In this document: positions 47,948-57,513 of the stretch, one piece after another
Numbering within the stretch: position 1 is the first letter of the stretch
Layout of the letters: the number at the start of each line of letters is the position of its first letter
Source of the DNA: a virus
Taxonomy: Duplodnaviria; Caudoviricetes
Direction: 5' to 3' (one strand)
Virus record (IMG/VR): IMGVR_UViG_3300030330_004956
Location: 64,001-128,000 of that record
Length of the DNA: 64,000 nt
Notes under the pieces: model-generated
Database searches by the model: none
Told to the model about the DNA's origin: nothing
Seen by the model: only the letters and a program-made list of their open reading frames with translations
Position numbers and translations under genes: made by a program

Positions 47948-48529
47948 ATGGCTAAAAAGAAATTATTACTAAACGAGAGCGTGACTCGTAGATTCATGAA
48001 GCTTGCTACGATCAAGCCAACGTATGTCTCGAATTTTATTACAGAGGCAGAGGAAGAGGATGAGCTTGCCCTTGATGGTGACGAGCCTGCCCCGCCCGCC
48101 GATGAACCCGCTCTTGACGCCGATCCCCCCGAAGATCCCATGATGGATCCCGGCTTAGAAACTGAAGATGAATTGGATGATCCAGTAGGAGACGCTGGAG
48201 GCGCAGAAGATCTAGTTATGGATTTACTAGCCAAAGTTCAAGAGTTCGCCAAGGAAAATGGCGTTAGCATGGAACTCGAAGGTGATGATGACGAAGATGA
48301 ATTGGATGAGCCCGATGCAGATGGTATGGAAGCAGAGTTAGATGATGCGGAACCGGAAGGAGGTGATTTACCGGGAGAAGCCGACGAGCCTGCGCCAGCA
48401 CTTGACGCTCCAGAAGAGGGCGGAGAAGAGTTGGCTCTTCAAGAGAATGTCGATCAAGATGCAATCGTTGCTGAAGTCACAAAGAGAGTTGCCAGACGTC
48501 TTCTCAAAGAGTCAGCAAAAAGAAAATAA
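47948..48529 (+). CDS. Highly acidic scaffold-like/internal head protein
   Basis: LLNESVTRRFMKLA resembles the scaffold C-terminus; D/E/P-rich; LxE sites. Confidence 0.55.
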   Translation: MAKKKLLLNESVTRRFMKLATIKPTYVSNFITEAEEEDELALDGDEPAPPADEPALDADPPEDPMMDPGLETEDELDDPVGDAGGAEDLVMDLLAKVQEFAKENGVSMELEGDDDEDELDEPDADGMEAELDDAEPEGGDLPGEADEPAPALDAPEEGGEELALQENVDQDAIVAEVTKRVARRLLKESAKRK

Positions 48530-48538
48530 CAATATTTT

Positions 48539-48564
48539 CGAATAATTTGCATAACATAGACGTA
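48539..48564 (+). promoter_or_regulatory. ECF-like promoter CGAATA-N16-CGTA (clpP)
   Basis: Motif copy with one mismatch. Confidence 0.7.
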
Positions 48565-48568
48565 TTAT

Positions 48569-48601
48569 AAGGGCAAACTTTTATAAGTTTTGCCCTTTTT
48601 T
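48569..48601 (+). terminator. Terminator-like hairpin
   Basis: AAGGGCAAA...TTTGCCCTT plus T run. Confidence 0.6.
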
Positions 48602-48619
48602 ATTCATAAAGGAGTTTAA

Positions 48620-49378
48620 ATGAGTGAAGATAGTAGCGTAGATAAAACTGAAGAGAACGAAGAAACTGTAGAGCAGCCCGACTGCGATGATTCTCCCCAA
48701 GAAGAAAAAGAAGAAGCAAGCGATTGCGATGGAACAGAGCCCCAAGAAGAGCCAGAAGAAGGGCAAATGTCCTTAGAGGACTTGGTAACTATGTTGGCAG
48801 AAAAAGAGGATAGCAAGCCATCTTTGGATTCTATGAGAACTGTGGGACTCTACGGTGATGTGGAAGAAGAGAAGATAGCTGAAGTCATAGCTGGCTTACT
48901 TTCTTTACATCACCTTGGGAAGCCAAAGTCAACAGATGAAGGCGAAGAGCCATCCTTGGGCAAGCCAATTGAACTTTATGTTTCGACATATGGTGGATCC
49001 GCAGATGATATGGCAGCACTAGTTGACATTATGAACATGGTTAAAAAAGACTGCCCGATCAAAACTATTGGTATTGGTAAAGTCATGTCTGCCGGCGTCT
49101 TAATTTTAGCATCAGGGACAAAGGGTGAAAGATGCATTGGCAAAAACTGCCGAGTCATGATCCATTCAGTGATCGCCGGCTCAAGCGGCGCCCTACACAA
49201 TCTAGAGAATGAATTAGCTGAAGTAAAGAAAATGCAAGAAGTTTACTTAGATTCTTTGGTAGAAGTGACAAATCTTACAAAAAAACAGCTAAAATCTTTC
49301 ATGAGAAGGAAAACAAACGTCTATTTAACAGCAGAGGAAGCAATTAAGCACGGTATTGCAGATAAGATATTGGAGTAA
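48620..49378 (+). CDS. clpP: ClpP-like protease subunit with acidic N-terminal extension
   Basis: LYVSTYGGS, GKVMSAG, GTKGER, RVMIH, YLTAEEAIKHGIAD. Confidence 0.88.
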   Translation: MSEDSSVDKTEENEETVEQPDCDDSPQEEKEEASDCDGTEPQEEPEEGQMSLEDLVTMLAEKEDSKPSLDSMRTVGLYGDVEEEKIAEVIAGLLSLHHLGKPKSTDEGEEPSLGKPIELYVSTYGGSADDMAALVDIMNMVKKDCPIKTIGIGKVMSAGVLILASGTKGERCIGKNCRVMIHSVIAGSSGALHNLENELAEVKKMQEVYLDSLVEVTNLTKKQLKSFMRRKTNVYLTAEEAIKHGIADKILE

Positions 49379-49384
49379 ATTAAT

Positions 49385-50284
49385 ATGGCTATAAACAAAG
49401 TTTTTTATAACGAAGCCTCGGCAGCTAAACTGGGATGGGATCCAACTTGGTTTGGCTGTGATTCTTATGATGAGAAATTGGTTCGTGAAATTAAGAAGTG
49501 GCAAAGAGCCCATGGGCTGACTGCCGATGGGTTGTGCGGCGAAAACACTTTCAGAGTTCTTTTCAACGAACGACAGGCTAACATTTCAGATTATGTTTCG
49601 CCAAACTACGATAACGATGGTTTGGCACGCATTATATACAATGGCAATGAGTTCCCAATCGAGTGGGACAAGACGGTGCTTTGGACAGACAAGGGCGGAC
49701 ACATGGCTAAACTTGGAAACTATAAGAGCATGGCTGGAAAGCGAATCAGAAAGCCAACACAGTTTGTAAATCATTGGGACGTATGTTTGAATTCTAGAAC
49801 ATGCCAACGTGTCTTGGACAGGAGGGGTATCAGTGTACACTTCCTCATCGATAATGACGGCACAATCTACCAAACCATGGATTTGCAACATATCGGATGG
49901 CATGCCGGCTCAAGCAAGATTAACGCAAAGTCAATCGGAGTCGAGATAAGTTGCGCTTTCGATCTTAAGTGGCAAAGCTGGTACAGAAAGCACGGCTTTG
50001 GAGAACGCCCAATCCTTAAGAGTTCTTATGTTCATGGCAAAAGACTACGCCCCCACCTAGGCTTCTATCCTGTGCAATTAGAGGCTCTACAAGCCTTATG
50101 GAAGGCTGTTCACTTGGCATGTGGCATACCACTAGAGACGCCAACTGGAGCCGCAAAAAATGCATACACAGCAGAAGTTTCAAGTGGCAGATTCAAGGGC
50201 TTTGTTTCGCACTATCACATTACAAAGCGCAAGATTGACTGTGGCGGCTTGGATATCGAAAAGTTATTGGAGGACTTGAAATGA
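49385..50284 (+). CDS. Endolysin: peptidoglycan-binding domain plus Amidase_2
   Basis: WQRAHGLTADGLCG; VNHWD, SVHFLIDNDG, WHAG, SIGVEI, SHYH..KIDC. Confidence 0.88.
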   Translation: MAINKVFYNEASAAKLGWDPTWFGCDSYDEKLVREIKKWQRAHGLTADGLCGENTFRVLFNERQANISDYVSPNYDNDGLARIIYNGNEFPIEWDKTVLWTDKGGHMAKLGNYKSMAGKRIRKPTQFVNHWDVCLNSRTCQRVLDRRGISVHFLIDNDGTIYQTMDLQHIGWHAGSSKINAKSIGVEISCAFDLKWQSWYRKHGFGERPILKSSYVHGKRLRPHLGFYPVQLEALQALWKAVHLACGIPLETPTGAAKNAYTAEVSSGRFKGFVSHYHITKRKIDCGGLDIEKLLEDLK

Positions 50285-51735
50285 AAAATTTAGAACATTG
50301 GAAAATGATGCTTGAGGCTTTGAACAATCTGCAAGAAAGGGTTGAAATGAGTGAACCCGTACAAACTGATACCGATAATCCAGAAAACACTGGCAAGTAT
50401 TTCTTGCCGACAATTAAAATTACAGAGGATTGGGGCAGGATCGGATCGAAAGACAGGCAGATCATTGAGAAGTTCACAAGAAACATTGGTGGCACCACAC
50501 TAGCCGAAAAAATTGCAAACATTAATAGTGTTATCACCGACAGAGAAGCAACTACAATTCCAAAAATTCTAGGTTCTATGGTAGTTATCGAGATTCTTAA
50601 TGCCGTGCTCAGAGAGTTTACAGAGTCAGCCGGCGGCTTCATCTTTGAAGGCTTCTTGGCTGGACTGTTCGGTGGCGAAGCTGTGCAGATTACAGATGTT
50701 GGCGATCAGGCAGCAGCAGGCGAGGCAACAGAGGCAGCAGGAAAACCAATCACGGACGTTGTACTAGGCGGCAGAGAGTATTCATTGAAGTTGCTTGGGC
50801 AGACTACGGCAGTGAAAGGCTCATTCAAGAATATGGTTGAGCACTTCCGCGTCAAAGATCATATTGTCTATCTCGATGCAAGACGCACACAGGCAGACGG
50901 AGAGCTTAGTGGCTTAGAGTTTGGAGAGTTCACCATCACCAGAGAAAACTTCATGCAAGTATTCATGGATCCATTCTTGAAAGATGTTACAGCAAAATCA
51001 TCCGAGCCCATTGAGTCAGCAAGTGCATTGAGAACTGCTATGCAAAAACTAGAAACCACAAACAATCCTTTGAAAAAATTAGCATGGACTGGCGGCTGGA
51101 AGCCCGAAGGCGCCACTAGAAGTGTTGGTACGAGCATACAGTATGGAAAGCCAAGGGGCGCCCCAGAGGGTGAACTAAACGAGAAAATATATTATGGTGA
51201 AGACTTTGCCACTGCAATACAGTCTTTCATGAACATGACAGATGAAGAACTGGACAGATATGCACCCTTTACTCTTTCTTGGGCGGACAAGAAGTTCGAA
51301 GGAACAAAAGCAGAAAAACTGTTTGGAAGTTTTACACTAGCATCCGCAATCAAAGATGCAAGTGAATCAGGTGATACCACAAAGCTTTTTGAACTATTGG
51401 AGACAACCCCGGGCTATACTGAATCACTACAGTTTGACTTTACAAGAGGACAAGCAGAATCAATTGTTAACTTTGAAGAGATTGGGACTCTCAACATCAG
51501 TGAGGGTACCTTGAAGGATACATGGCTAGCATATGGGGAAGTACTATCGCAAACCGTTGAGCCAATTTACAAATCTCTTAATGAGTTTACAGAGAACATC
51601 AACTCTTTCCTTACCGAAGAACAAAATCAAGACGGTAACAGAAAACAGTATGGCTTGGCTGCTGGCACCAGCGCCAAAGATCTAAAAACCGCAACAGACA
51701 AGGCAGTGCAAGATATGACTGCCGATGCTGAATAA
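50281..51735 (+). CDS. Leader-bearing protein with PD-(D/E)xK-like nuclease motif
   Basis: MKNLEHWKMMLE; GFIFEGFLAGLFGG...ITDV...YSLKL. Confidence 0.45.
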   Translation: MKNLEHWKMMLEALNNLQERVEMSEPVQTDTDNPENTGKYFLPTIKITEDWGRIGSKDRQIIEKFTRNIGGTTLAEKIANINSVITDREATTIPKILGSMVVIEILNAVLREFTESAGGFIFEGFLAGLFGGEAVQITDVGDQAAAGEATEAAGKPITDVVLGGREYSLKLLGQTTAVKGSFKNMVEHFRVKDHIVYLDARRTQADGELSGLEFGEFTITRENFMQVFMDPFLKDVTAKSSEPIESASALRTAMQKLETTNNPLKKLAWTGGWKPEGATRSVGTSIQYGKPRGAPEGELNEKIYYGEDFATAIQSFMNMTDEELDRYAPFTLSWADKKFEGTKAEKLFGSFTLASAIKDASESGDTTKLFELLETTPGYTESLQFDFTRGQAESIVNFEEIGTLNISEGTLKDTWLAYGEVLSQTVEPIYKSLNEFTENINSFLTEEQNQDGNRKQYGLAAGTSAKDLKTATDKAVQDMTADAE

Positions 51736-51754
51736 AAATAACATGTCAATCGTA
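51729..51754 (+). promoter_or_regulatory. ECF-like promoter TGAATA-N16-CGTA (groEL)
   Basis: Motif copy overlapping a GAA-TAA stop. Confidence 0.8.
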
Positions 51755-51773
51755 TAACTATTATGGAGGAACA

Positions 51774-53363
51774 GTGAAGAAATATTCTAACACTAGCGAA
51801 CTAAGACAATCAATCGTTGATGGAATCAACATTCTAGCGGACAATGTAGCCGCTACGTTAGGGCCGAAAGGGCAGAACGTAATTATTCAAAGAAAAGATA
51901 ATCTACCATTTGTAACAAAAGACGGTGTAACCGTAGCAAAGTTTGTTAACTTAGAAGATCCGTTTCAAAATGCTGCTGTAGAAATTCTAAAGCAAGCCAG
52001 CCTGCAAACCAATGCAGAGGCTGGCGATGGAACGACAACTTCCACTGTAATCGCCAGAGCTATCATTAACGAGGCACAAAAGTATATTGTGTCTGGCGTT
52101 TCGCCTATTGAACTAAAGAGAGGAATGGATAAGACATGTGACGCCCTAGTTGATAACCTAATCGACTCAGCCCGTCCTATCCGTTCGCTTGAAGATATCC
52201 AGCACATTGCTAAGATTTCTGCCAACAATGATAAAATGATTGGTGATGTCGTAGCACGCGCTGTGGATCTTGCCGGTAAAGACGGCACAGTTATTATCGA
52301 AGAAGCAAGATCCAATAAAACCTCTTTAAACCTTATTGAAGGTTTTAAGATTGATTCAGGCTTTGCAGCCGGTGCCTTTGTGACTGATGAACGTCGAGGC
52401 ATATGTTATTACGACAATCCACTCATCCTCGTTACGGACGAGCGACTAGAGAGTGTTGATGAGATGCTTCCGTTACTTGAACAAGTGGCTAGAGATGGAC
52501 GTCCTCTCGTCATTGTTGCGGAGGAAATCGTCGAACAGGCACTGGCTGCTCTTATTATGAATGCCATTCGTGGAACAATGCGAATTGTTGGCATCAAAGC
52601 TCCCCGCTACGGAGAAGAGCGCAAGAACATTCTAAAGGATCTTGCAATTTCCGTTGGAGCAACTTACATTTCTAGGGAGTCTAATGTCCTTATGAGGGAC
52701 GTCAAGATTGAACACCTAGGTACCTGCAAATCTATCGAAGCAGGAACATCTAAGACTACCTTTGTTGGCGGCAAAGGAGAGGGCGAGGCTGTCGAAAAGA
52801 GGATTGAGGCTGTTAAGGCATTGCTAAAGCAGTCCGAATCGACGCACGAACAAAAGACATTGAATGAGCGCATCACACGACTCGCATCAGGAGTGTCGGT
52901 TATTCGTGTTGGGGGTGCCACGCAAGTGGAAATGACAGAGACTAAGCACAGAGTTGAAGATGCCCTAGAAGCCATCAGATCCGCCCAGAAGGACGGAATT
53001 ACAACTGGTGGTGGTACTGCTCTTCTTAGTGCCAGAAGTGGCTTAGAAGAGGATCTAACGTTCGAAAACGCAGATCAGAGACTGGGCGCAGAAATCCTTC
53101 TTAGAGCATGTGAATCGCCATTCCGCCAACTCTGCCGCAATGCTGGGGTTTCGGAAGATATCATATTGAGTCAGATTGAGTCATCGCAGCAAGAAAATGC
53201 TGGATATGATTTTCGTAATCTTAAAGAATGTGATATGTATACTACAGGTATAATAGATCCTGTAAAAGTAACCAAGACTGCACTTATCAATGCTGTGTCG
53301 GTTGCTTCAACTTTGCTAAACACAAATCATGCAATTGTTCAGATTGATAGCAAAGAATCATAA
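51774..53363 (+). CDS. groEL: Chaperonin GroEL
   Basis: TLGPKG, TKDGVTVAK, AGDGTTT, KAPRYG, IRVGGAT, GGGTAL, GIIDPVKV. Confidence 0.97.
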   Translation: MKKYSNTSELRQSIVDGINILADNVAATLGPKGQNVIIQRKDNLPFVTKDGVTVAKFVNLEDPFQNAAVEILKQASLQTNAEAGDGTTTSTVIARAIINEAQKYIVSGVSPIELKRGMDKTCDALVDNLIDSARPIRSLEDIQHIAKISANNDKMIGDVVARAVDLAGKDGTVIIEEARSNKTSLNLIEGFKIDSGFAAGAFVTDERRGICYYDNPLILVTDERLESVDEMLPLLEQVARDGRPLVIVAEEIVEQALAALIMNAIRGTMRIVGIKAPRYGEERKNILKDLAISVGATYISRESNVLMRDVKIEHLGTCKSIEAGTSKTTFVGGKGEGEAVEKRIEAVKALLKQSESTHEQKTLNERITRLASGVSVIRVGGATQVEMTETKHRVEDALEAIRSAQKDGITTGGGTALLSARSGLEEDLTFENADQRLGAEILLRACESPFRQLCRNAGVSEDIILSQIESSQQENAGYDFRNLKECDMYTTGIIDPVKVTKTALINAVSVASTLLNTNHAIVQIDSKES

Positions 53364-53374
53364 GGGAGAATGCA

Positions 53375-53671
53375 GTGAGAATTACAATTCAAAAAACAAT
53401 AGATGTAGGAGAAGTGCCTATTGAAATCAATGAAGCTTACAGAAACGCAATCAATAGGGTTAGAGATACTTTGAGCCTGCTACAGTCAGCACAGGAACTG
53501 GCAGGCGAAGGAAAATATGTTGACTCGTCATCATGCGCCGAGAAAGCAAGATTGTCATTGACACTACTTGACAAGAACATCGAAGAAGCCCAGTCGCTTT
53601 GTTTGTCATATGAGAGGCTTAGGATTGAAGAGCAGATGCCGACACCAAGAGAGGTGCCTGATGATGAATAG
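53375..53671 (+). CDS. Hypothetical protein
   Basis: GGAG RBS; GTG start. Confidence 0.55.
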   Translation: MRITIQKTIDVGEVPIEINEAYRNAINRVRDTLSLLQSAQELAGEGKYVDSSSCAEKARLSLTLLDKNIEEAQSLCLSYERLRIEEQMPTPREVPDDE

Positions 53672-53963
53672 CGGATCTCTAGTATATCAAAAAGGTGATC
53701 TGGTTACGATGAAGCAAGCCTCTCTGGTTTGCCAAATAGAAAAAGATCTGGATGGAACCCTAAAAAGATCCTTCCGAAGATTATCAGATCCCCTTAGTGG
53801 AGTCTTCTTGGGCTTCTTAGACAAGCGACTGGTAGAAGATAACGATGATCTTGATTATCTAAACAGATCCGCAGCAATGAAAACGCCTTGCAGGATCGCA
53901 GTCGGAAAAAGCATATATTATGTTGACGAGAAATCGTTTTTCTTTCACATTCAAAGGAGTTAA
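53661..53963 (+). CDS. Hypothetical protein (SH3/KOW-like start KGDLV)
   Basis: GAGG RBS; overlaps the upstream ORF. Confidence 0.5.
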   Translation: MMNSGSLVYQKGDLVTMKQASLVCQIEKDLDGTLKRSFRRLSDPLSGVFLGFLDKRLVEDNDDLDYLNRSAAMKTPCRIAVGKSIYYVDEKSFFFHIQRS

Positions 53964-53965
53964 AA

Positions 53966-54250
53966 GTGAGAAAGTTAGTAGAAGTAGTACAAAATAGCGC
54001 AACAAGCAAAACATATAGCCTTAGAGAAGTATTTGTAAATCCAGAATTTGTCATATCTTTAGTGCCAGATTCAAACACAAAGAGGCTTTTGACAGAGGGC
54101 AGGCTTCCGGAAGGGCTAGATAACAATATAGAATTCACTAGAGTTACTGTGCATAAAGGAGCCTCTGGGTTAGAAATGGTTGTTGTAGGCAATACATCAG
54201 ATATCAAAACAAAGTTGTTTGCCGGCACCGGTAAACTTCTAAAGGGGTAG
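53966..54250 (+). CDS. Hypothetical protein
   Basis: AGGAG RBS; LREVFVNPEFV. Confidence 0.55.
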   Translation: MRKLVEVVQNSATSKTYSLREVFVNPEFVISLVPDSNTKRLLTEGRLPEGLDNNIEFTRVTVHKGASGLEMVVVGNTSDIKTKLFAGTGKLLKG

Positions 54251-54252
54251 CT

Positions 54253-54516
54253 GTGTTAGATTACTTTATAATTTATGCTAAAGTTGATTGTGGATTCTGT
54301 GTCAGAGTCATCAATAAAATGAATGAGCACGGCTTTGATCACGTCTTGTGTTTGGTGGATAGGGCACCAGACTTCTACGAGGACAAGAAAAAAGAACACG
54401 AACACACAACGGTGCCTATGATTGTGAAAGTTAATAAAATTTCCAAAGAAGAACAGTTCATAGGTGGCTGTGATGACTTTATGTCTTGGCTAGGAACTCA
54501 GGGTTACGAATGCTAG
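54253..54516 (+). CDS. Glutaredoxin
   Basis: CGFC, TVPMI, FIGGCDD. Confidence 0.9.
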   Translation: MLDYFIIYAKVDCGFCVRVINKMNEHGFDHVLCLVDRAPDFYEDKKKEHEHTTVPMIVKVNKISKEEQFIGGCDDFMSWLGTQGYEC

Positions 54517-54941
54517 ACTATGAATATGATGATGTTATATATTACCGATGGATTCAGAGAGTAGCAGACTTTGCAAAGATAAATTATCAAGCAGAGGTTG
54601 ACTTGGTTTCTGAAGAGAGCGCATTCATATATGAATACAAAAGTAAGAAAGTTAGTGTAAAGGGCGATACCCCATCGCGTGACAAACTTTATGTGCTGCT
54701 ACATGAGATCGGGCACCTGACTAGAATGATTGACAACAGTGAAGATCCAACTTTCTTTATGGATCGCGCTGGTTCAGGAAACATCAGAGAAAAGGTAATG
54801 ACATTCATAGAAGAAGTTCTGGCTTGGAAGAAAGGAGAAGAGATTGCCATTCACTTAGGCATCCCCTTAGAGGAAGCAGCTTGGAGAAGAATGGTAGATG
54901 GTAGTCTAAGAAAATATGTTGACTGGCTAAAAGGAGAATAA
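54510..54941 (+). CDS. HExxH metallopeptidase-like protein (ImmA/IrrE-like)
   Basis: LLHEIGH...EEVLAW. Confidence 0.65.
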   Translation: MLDYEYDDVIYYRWIQRVADFAKINYQAEVDLVSEESAFIYEYKSKKVSVKGDTPSRDKLYVLLHEIGHLTRMIDNSEDPTFFMDRAGSGNIREKVMTFIEEVLAWKKGEEIAIHLGIPLEEAAWRRMVDGSLRKYVDWLKGE

Positions 54942-54942
54942 A

Positions 54943-55311
54943 ATGAAAGTAGTTAATAAGCCATGGGGCTCAGAAATTTGGTGGGCTCACGCTGAAGGTA
55001 AATATATGGGGAAGATTCTGAATATAACAAAGGGCAATAGACTCTCTTTGCAGTATCACGATGTGAAAGATGAAACAGTCTATGTATTGAAAGGTACTTT
55101 GACTTTAGAAACCGCTAGCTCACCTGACACCGCGCTGCTGGTTGGTACCGAGAGTAAAACTCTTCACGTCGGAGAGGTATTTAGGGTTCTCCCAAAGACA
55201 GTGCATCGTTTTTGTGCAAACATAAGCGACGTAACATTATTGGAAGTCAGCACAGATCATCCGGATGATGTGGTGAGAGTACAAGACGACTATGATAGGG
55301 AGGATAAGTGA
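54943..55311 (+). CDS. Cupin (mannose-6-phosphate isomerase type II-like)
   Basis: KPWG, RLSLQYH..KDE, HRF, EVST, DDVVRVQDDY. Confidence 0.85.
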   Translation: MKVVNKPWGSEIWWAHAEGKYMGKILNITKGNRLSLQYHDVKDETVYVLKGTLTLETASSPDTALLVGTESKTLHVGEVFRVLPKTVHRFCANISDVTLLEVSTDHPDDVVRVQDDYDREDK

Positions 55312-55658
55312 ATTATAAATTATTATCTTTTTACTTTCTGATTATTGTGGCAGCACAGTTTGTTGCTTGGTACCAATCCAATTCTTTATTACTGTGGGAT
55401 TGGCTAAAGAACAATTATATTCCAGTGGTTGTCTGCACCTCTCCAGTTGTGGGGCTGTGCTTTGCTTATGGCACCAAGGTGGGGCATGATGTAATGGGTT
55501 CCCTGTGGGCTGTGCGATTCTCTGCGTTTGCGATAGGTTATCTAGTGTTTATTTTCTTGGCTTGGTATCATTTGGGCGAAAGCCCGTTTTCGCCAAAGAA
55601 CATTGTGACTTCTTTGCTTTGTTTTTCACTGCTGGGCGTACAGGTATTTTGGAAATAG
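55308..55658 (+). CDS. 4-TM DMT/SMR-like membrane protein
   Basis: Four hydrophobic helices; LGESP..KN. Confidence 0.55.
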   Translation: MNYKLLSFYFLIIVAAQFVAWYQSNSLLLWDWLKNNYIPVVVCTSPVVGLCFAYGTKVGHDVMGSLWAVRFSAFAIGYLVFIFLAWYHLGESPFSPKNIVTSLLCFSLLGVQVFWK

Positions 55659-55659
55659 T

Positions 55660-55684
55660 TGAATAATATTATTATCCATTCGTA
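55660..55684 (+). promoter_or_regulatory. ECF-like promoter TGAATA-N15-CGTA (tRNA-Leu)
   Basis: Motif copy ending 12 nt before the tRNA. Confidence 0.8.
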
Positions 55685-55696
55685 TTATATATGTCT

Positions 55697-55782
55697 GCTC
55701 CGGTGGTGAAATAGGTAAACACACGAGACTTAAAATCTCGCGCCCTTTGGGCTTGCCGGTTCGATTCCGGCTCGGAGTACCA
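55697..55782 (+). tRNA. tRNA-Leu(TAA)
   Basis: GCTCCGG/TCGGAGT acceptor; CGAGA-CT-TAA-AA-TCTCG; long variable arm; A73; CCA encoded. Confidence 0.95.
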
Positions 55783-55815
55783 ATGACAAAAAGCAACAAT
55801 TAAAAGGAGTAGAAA

Positions 55816-56328
55816 ATGAAAAATGTAGTATATGGAACAGTGTTGGCTTTATCTGCGGTGGGGTGCTCGAAGAAACAGGCTCCACCACCAACAGTGATCG
55901 ATGGAGAAAAGGTGCCAGAATGGATGATTAATCCGCACTTAGGCTGCGCAGCGGGAGTTTACCAGACGAGAGGTAATGTTTCTATGGCAGTTGATATGGC
56001 ACAGATCAGAGCAACAGCAAACCTTGGCAGACAACTGCAAGTATATGTGAACTCGTTGGTTCAGCAGTATATCGAAGAGGGTGAACAAAATGAAGACATT
56101 TACACAGAAGATCTGGCAAGAAATATATCTGAGGTTTCCACAAAGGTTTCTATGAGTGGCGCCATCCCAAAGAAGATGGCTGTGCATGGCAAGAACTATT
56201 ACAGCTTGGTGTGCATGGAGCCAGAGATCTTCATTAGTGCTTTTGATCAGATGGATCAGCTTGACGAGAAAGTTCGCAAAGGGCTTCGCAAGAGAGCAGA
56301 GAGAGCTTTCCAAGCTTTAGAAGATTAA
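55816..56328 (+). CDS. LPP20-like lipoprotein
   Basis: Lipobox AVGC; PEWM..P; A..RA.ANL..QL...V. Confidence 0.65.
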   Translation: MKNVVYGTVLALSAVGCSKKQAPPPTVIDGEKVPEWMINPHLGCAAGVYQTRGNVSMAVDMAQIRATANLGRQLQVYVNSLVQQYIEEGEQNEDIYTEDLARNISEVSTKVSMSGAIPKKMAVHGKNYYSLVCMEPEIFISAFDQMDQLDEKVRKGLRKRAERAFQALED

Positions 56329-56331
56329 GTT

Positions 56332-56357
56332 TGAATAAAAGTGTGAGAGTAGTCGTA
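56332..56357 (+). promoter_or_regulatory. ECF-like promoter TGAATA-N16-CGTA (uvsE)
   Basis: Motif copy. Confidence 0.8.
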
Positions 56358-56379
56358 TTATAAAACACGGGGGTTAGTT

Positions 56380-57294
56380 ATGACAATCAATCTAGGATAT
56401 GCATGTATCAACATGGAACTTCAAAAACAAAAGGTTTGCTCCAACAGGGGCATGATCAAGCGTACATTCAAAGCTAAGGGCATTCCCTATGCATCGGAGT
56501 TGGCACTCATCAATGTCAAGGCAATGCGCCGTATCATTCAGTGGAACAACGACAACAACATCAACGTATATCGTATGACTTCGTGTCTGTTCCCTTGGTT
56601 CTCAGAGTATGATATCTTTGATCTTCCAGACATTGACGAGATTGCAGAAGTCATGGCTGACGCTGGCAAGATTGCAATGGATGCCGGACAACGTTTATCG
56701 TTTCACCCCGGCCCATTCAACTGCCTAGGCTCGCACAAAGACGAGGTTGTGCAAAAGACTATTCACGAACTCAACGCACACTCAGAGCAGATGGATCTTA
56801 TGGGGCTACCTAGTAGCCCTATGGCTAAGATCAACATTCACATCGGTGGTGCATATGGAGAGCATGACAAGACTATGGCACGTTTCTGCAAGAACTTCGA
56901 TCGCCTCGCTCCGTCAACACAGGATAGGCTTACAGTGGAGAATGATGACAGGGCATCCCTGTTCTCAACCAAGATGTTGTATCACGGAGTATCGCGACAC
57001 ATTGACATACCTATTGTGTTTGACTCGCATCATCATGAGTTGGGCAAGCAAGATGCTACATACCGCGAGGCTTTCTATATGGCTAGAGAGACTTGGCAAC
57101 GTCGCAATGCAAAGCAACAGTGTCACCACTCCAACTCCAAAAAAGACTACGAGGACAGCACTGTCAAAGTCACAGCACATTCTGACTGGTACTATACTCC
57201 ATTCGAGAACTTTGATGAAGAAGTTGATGTGGTACTGGAGTGTAAAAAGAAAGAGCAGGCTCTAATTAAGTATAGGCAAGACTTCGGGGTTTAG
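56380..57294 (+). CDS. uvsE: UV-damage endonuclease
   Basis: LGYACIN, YRMTS, RLSFHPG, NIHIGG, VENDD, VFDSHHH, AHSD, LECK.KE. Confidence 0.93.
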   Translation: MTINLGYACINMELQKQKVCSNRGMIKRTFKAKGIPYASELALINVKAMRRIIQWNNDNNINVYRMTSCLFPWFSEYDIFDLPDIDEIAEVMADAGKIAMDAGQRLSFHPGPFNCLGSHKDEVVQKTIHELNAHSEQMDLMGLPSSPMAKINIHIGGAYGEHDKTMARFCKNFDRLAPSTQDRLTVENDDRASLFSTKMLYHGVSRHIDIPIVFDSHHHELGKQDATYREAFYMARETWQRRNAKQQCHHSNSKKDYEDSTVKVTAHSDWYYTPFENFDEEVDVVLECKKKEQALIKYRQDFGV

Positions 57295-57295
57295 T

Positions 57296-57511
57296 ATGTG
57301 GAAGGTTTACAAATACAATGGGACATATATTCAAGGTGATCTGATCAGCCAACACAAGACTGAATCTGCGGCTTTGAAGAAAGCCAAAAAAGAAATCAAC
57401 TTTACTCATGCTGTCAAAGACAGCAGAAAAGATGAAAAGTTAATTTGGCTAGACGCAGAAGATCACACCCCAGTAGGAATTATTGTCAAAAAAACTAAAG
57501 GAGGGACTTAG
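57296..57511 (+). CDS. Hypothetical protein
   Basis: 71-aa ORF coupled to uvsE. Confidence 0.55.
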   Translation: MWKVYKYNGTYIQGDLISQHKTESAALKKAKKEINFTHAVKDSRKDEKLIWLDAEDHTPVGIIVKKTKGGT

Positions 57512-57513
57512 TT

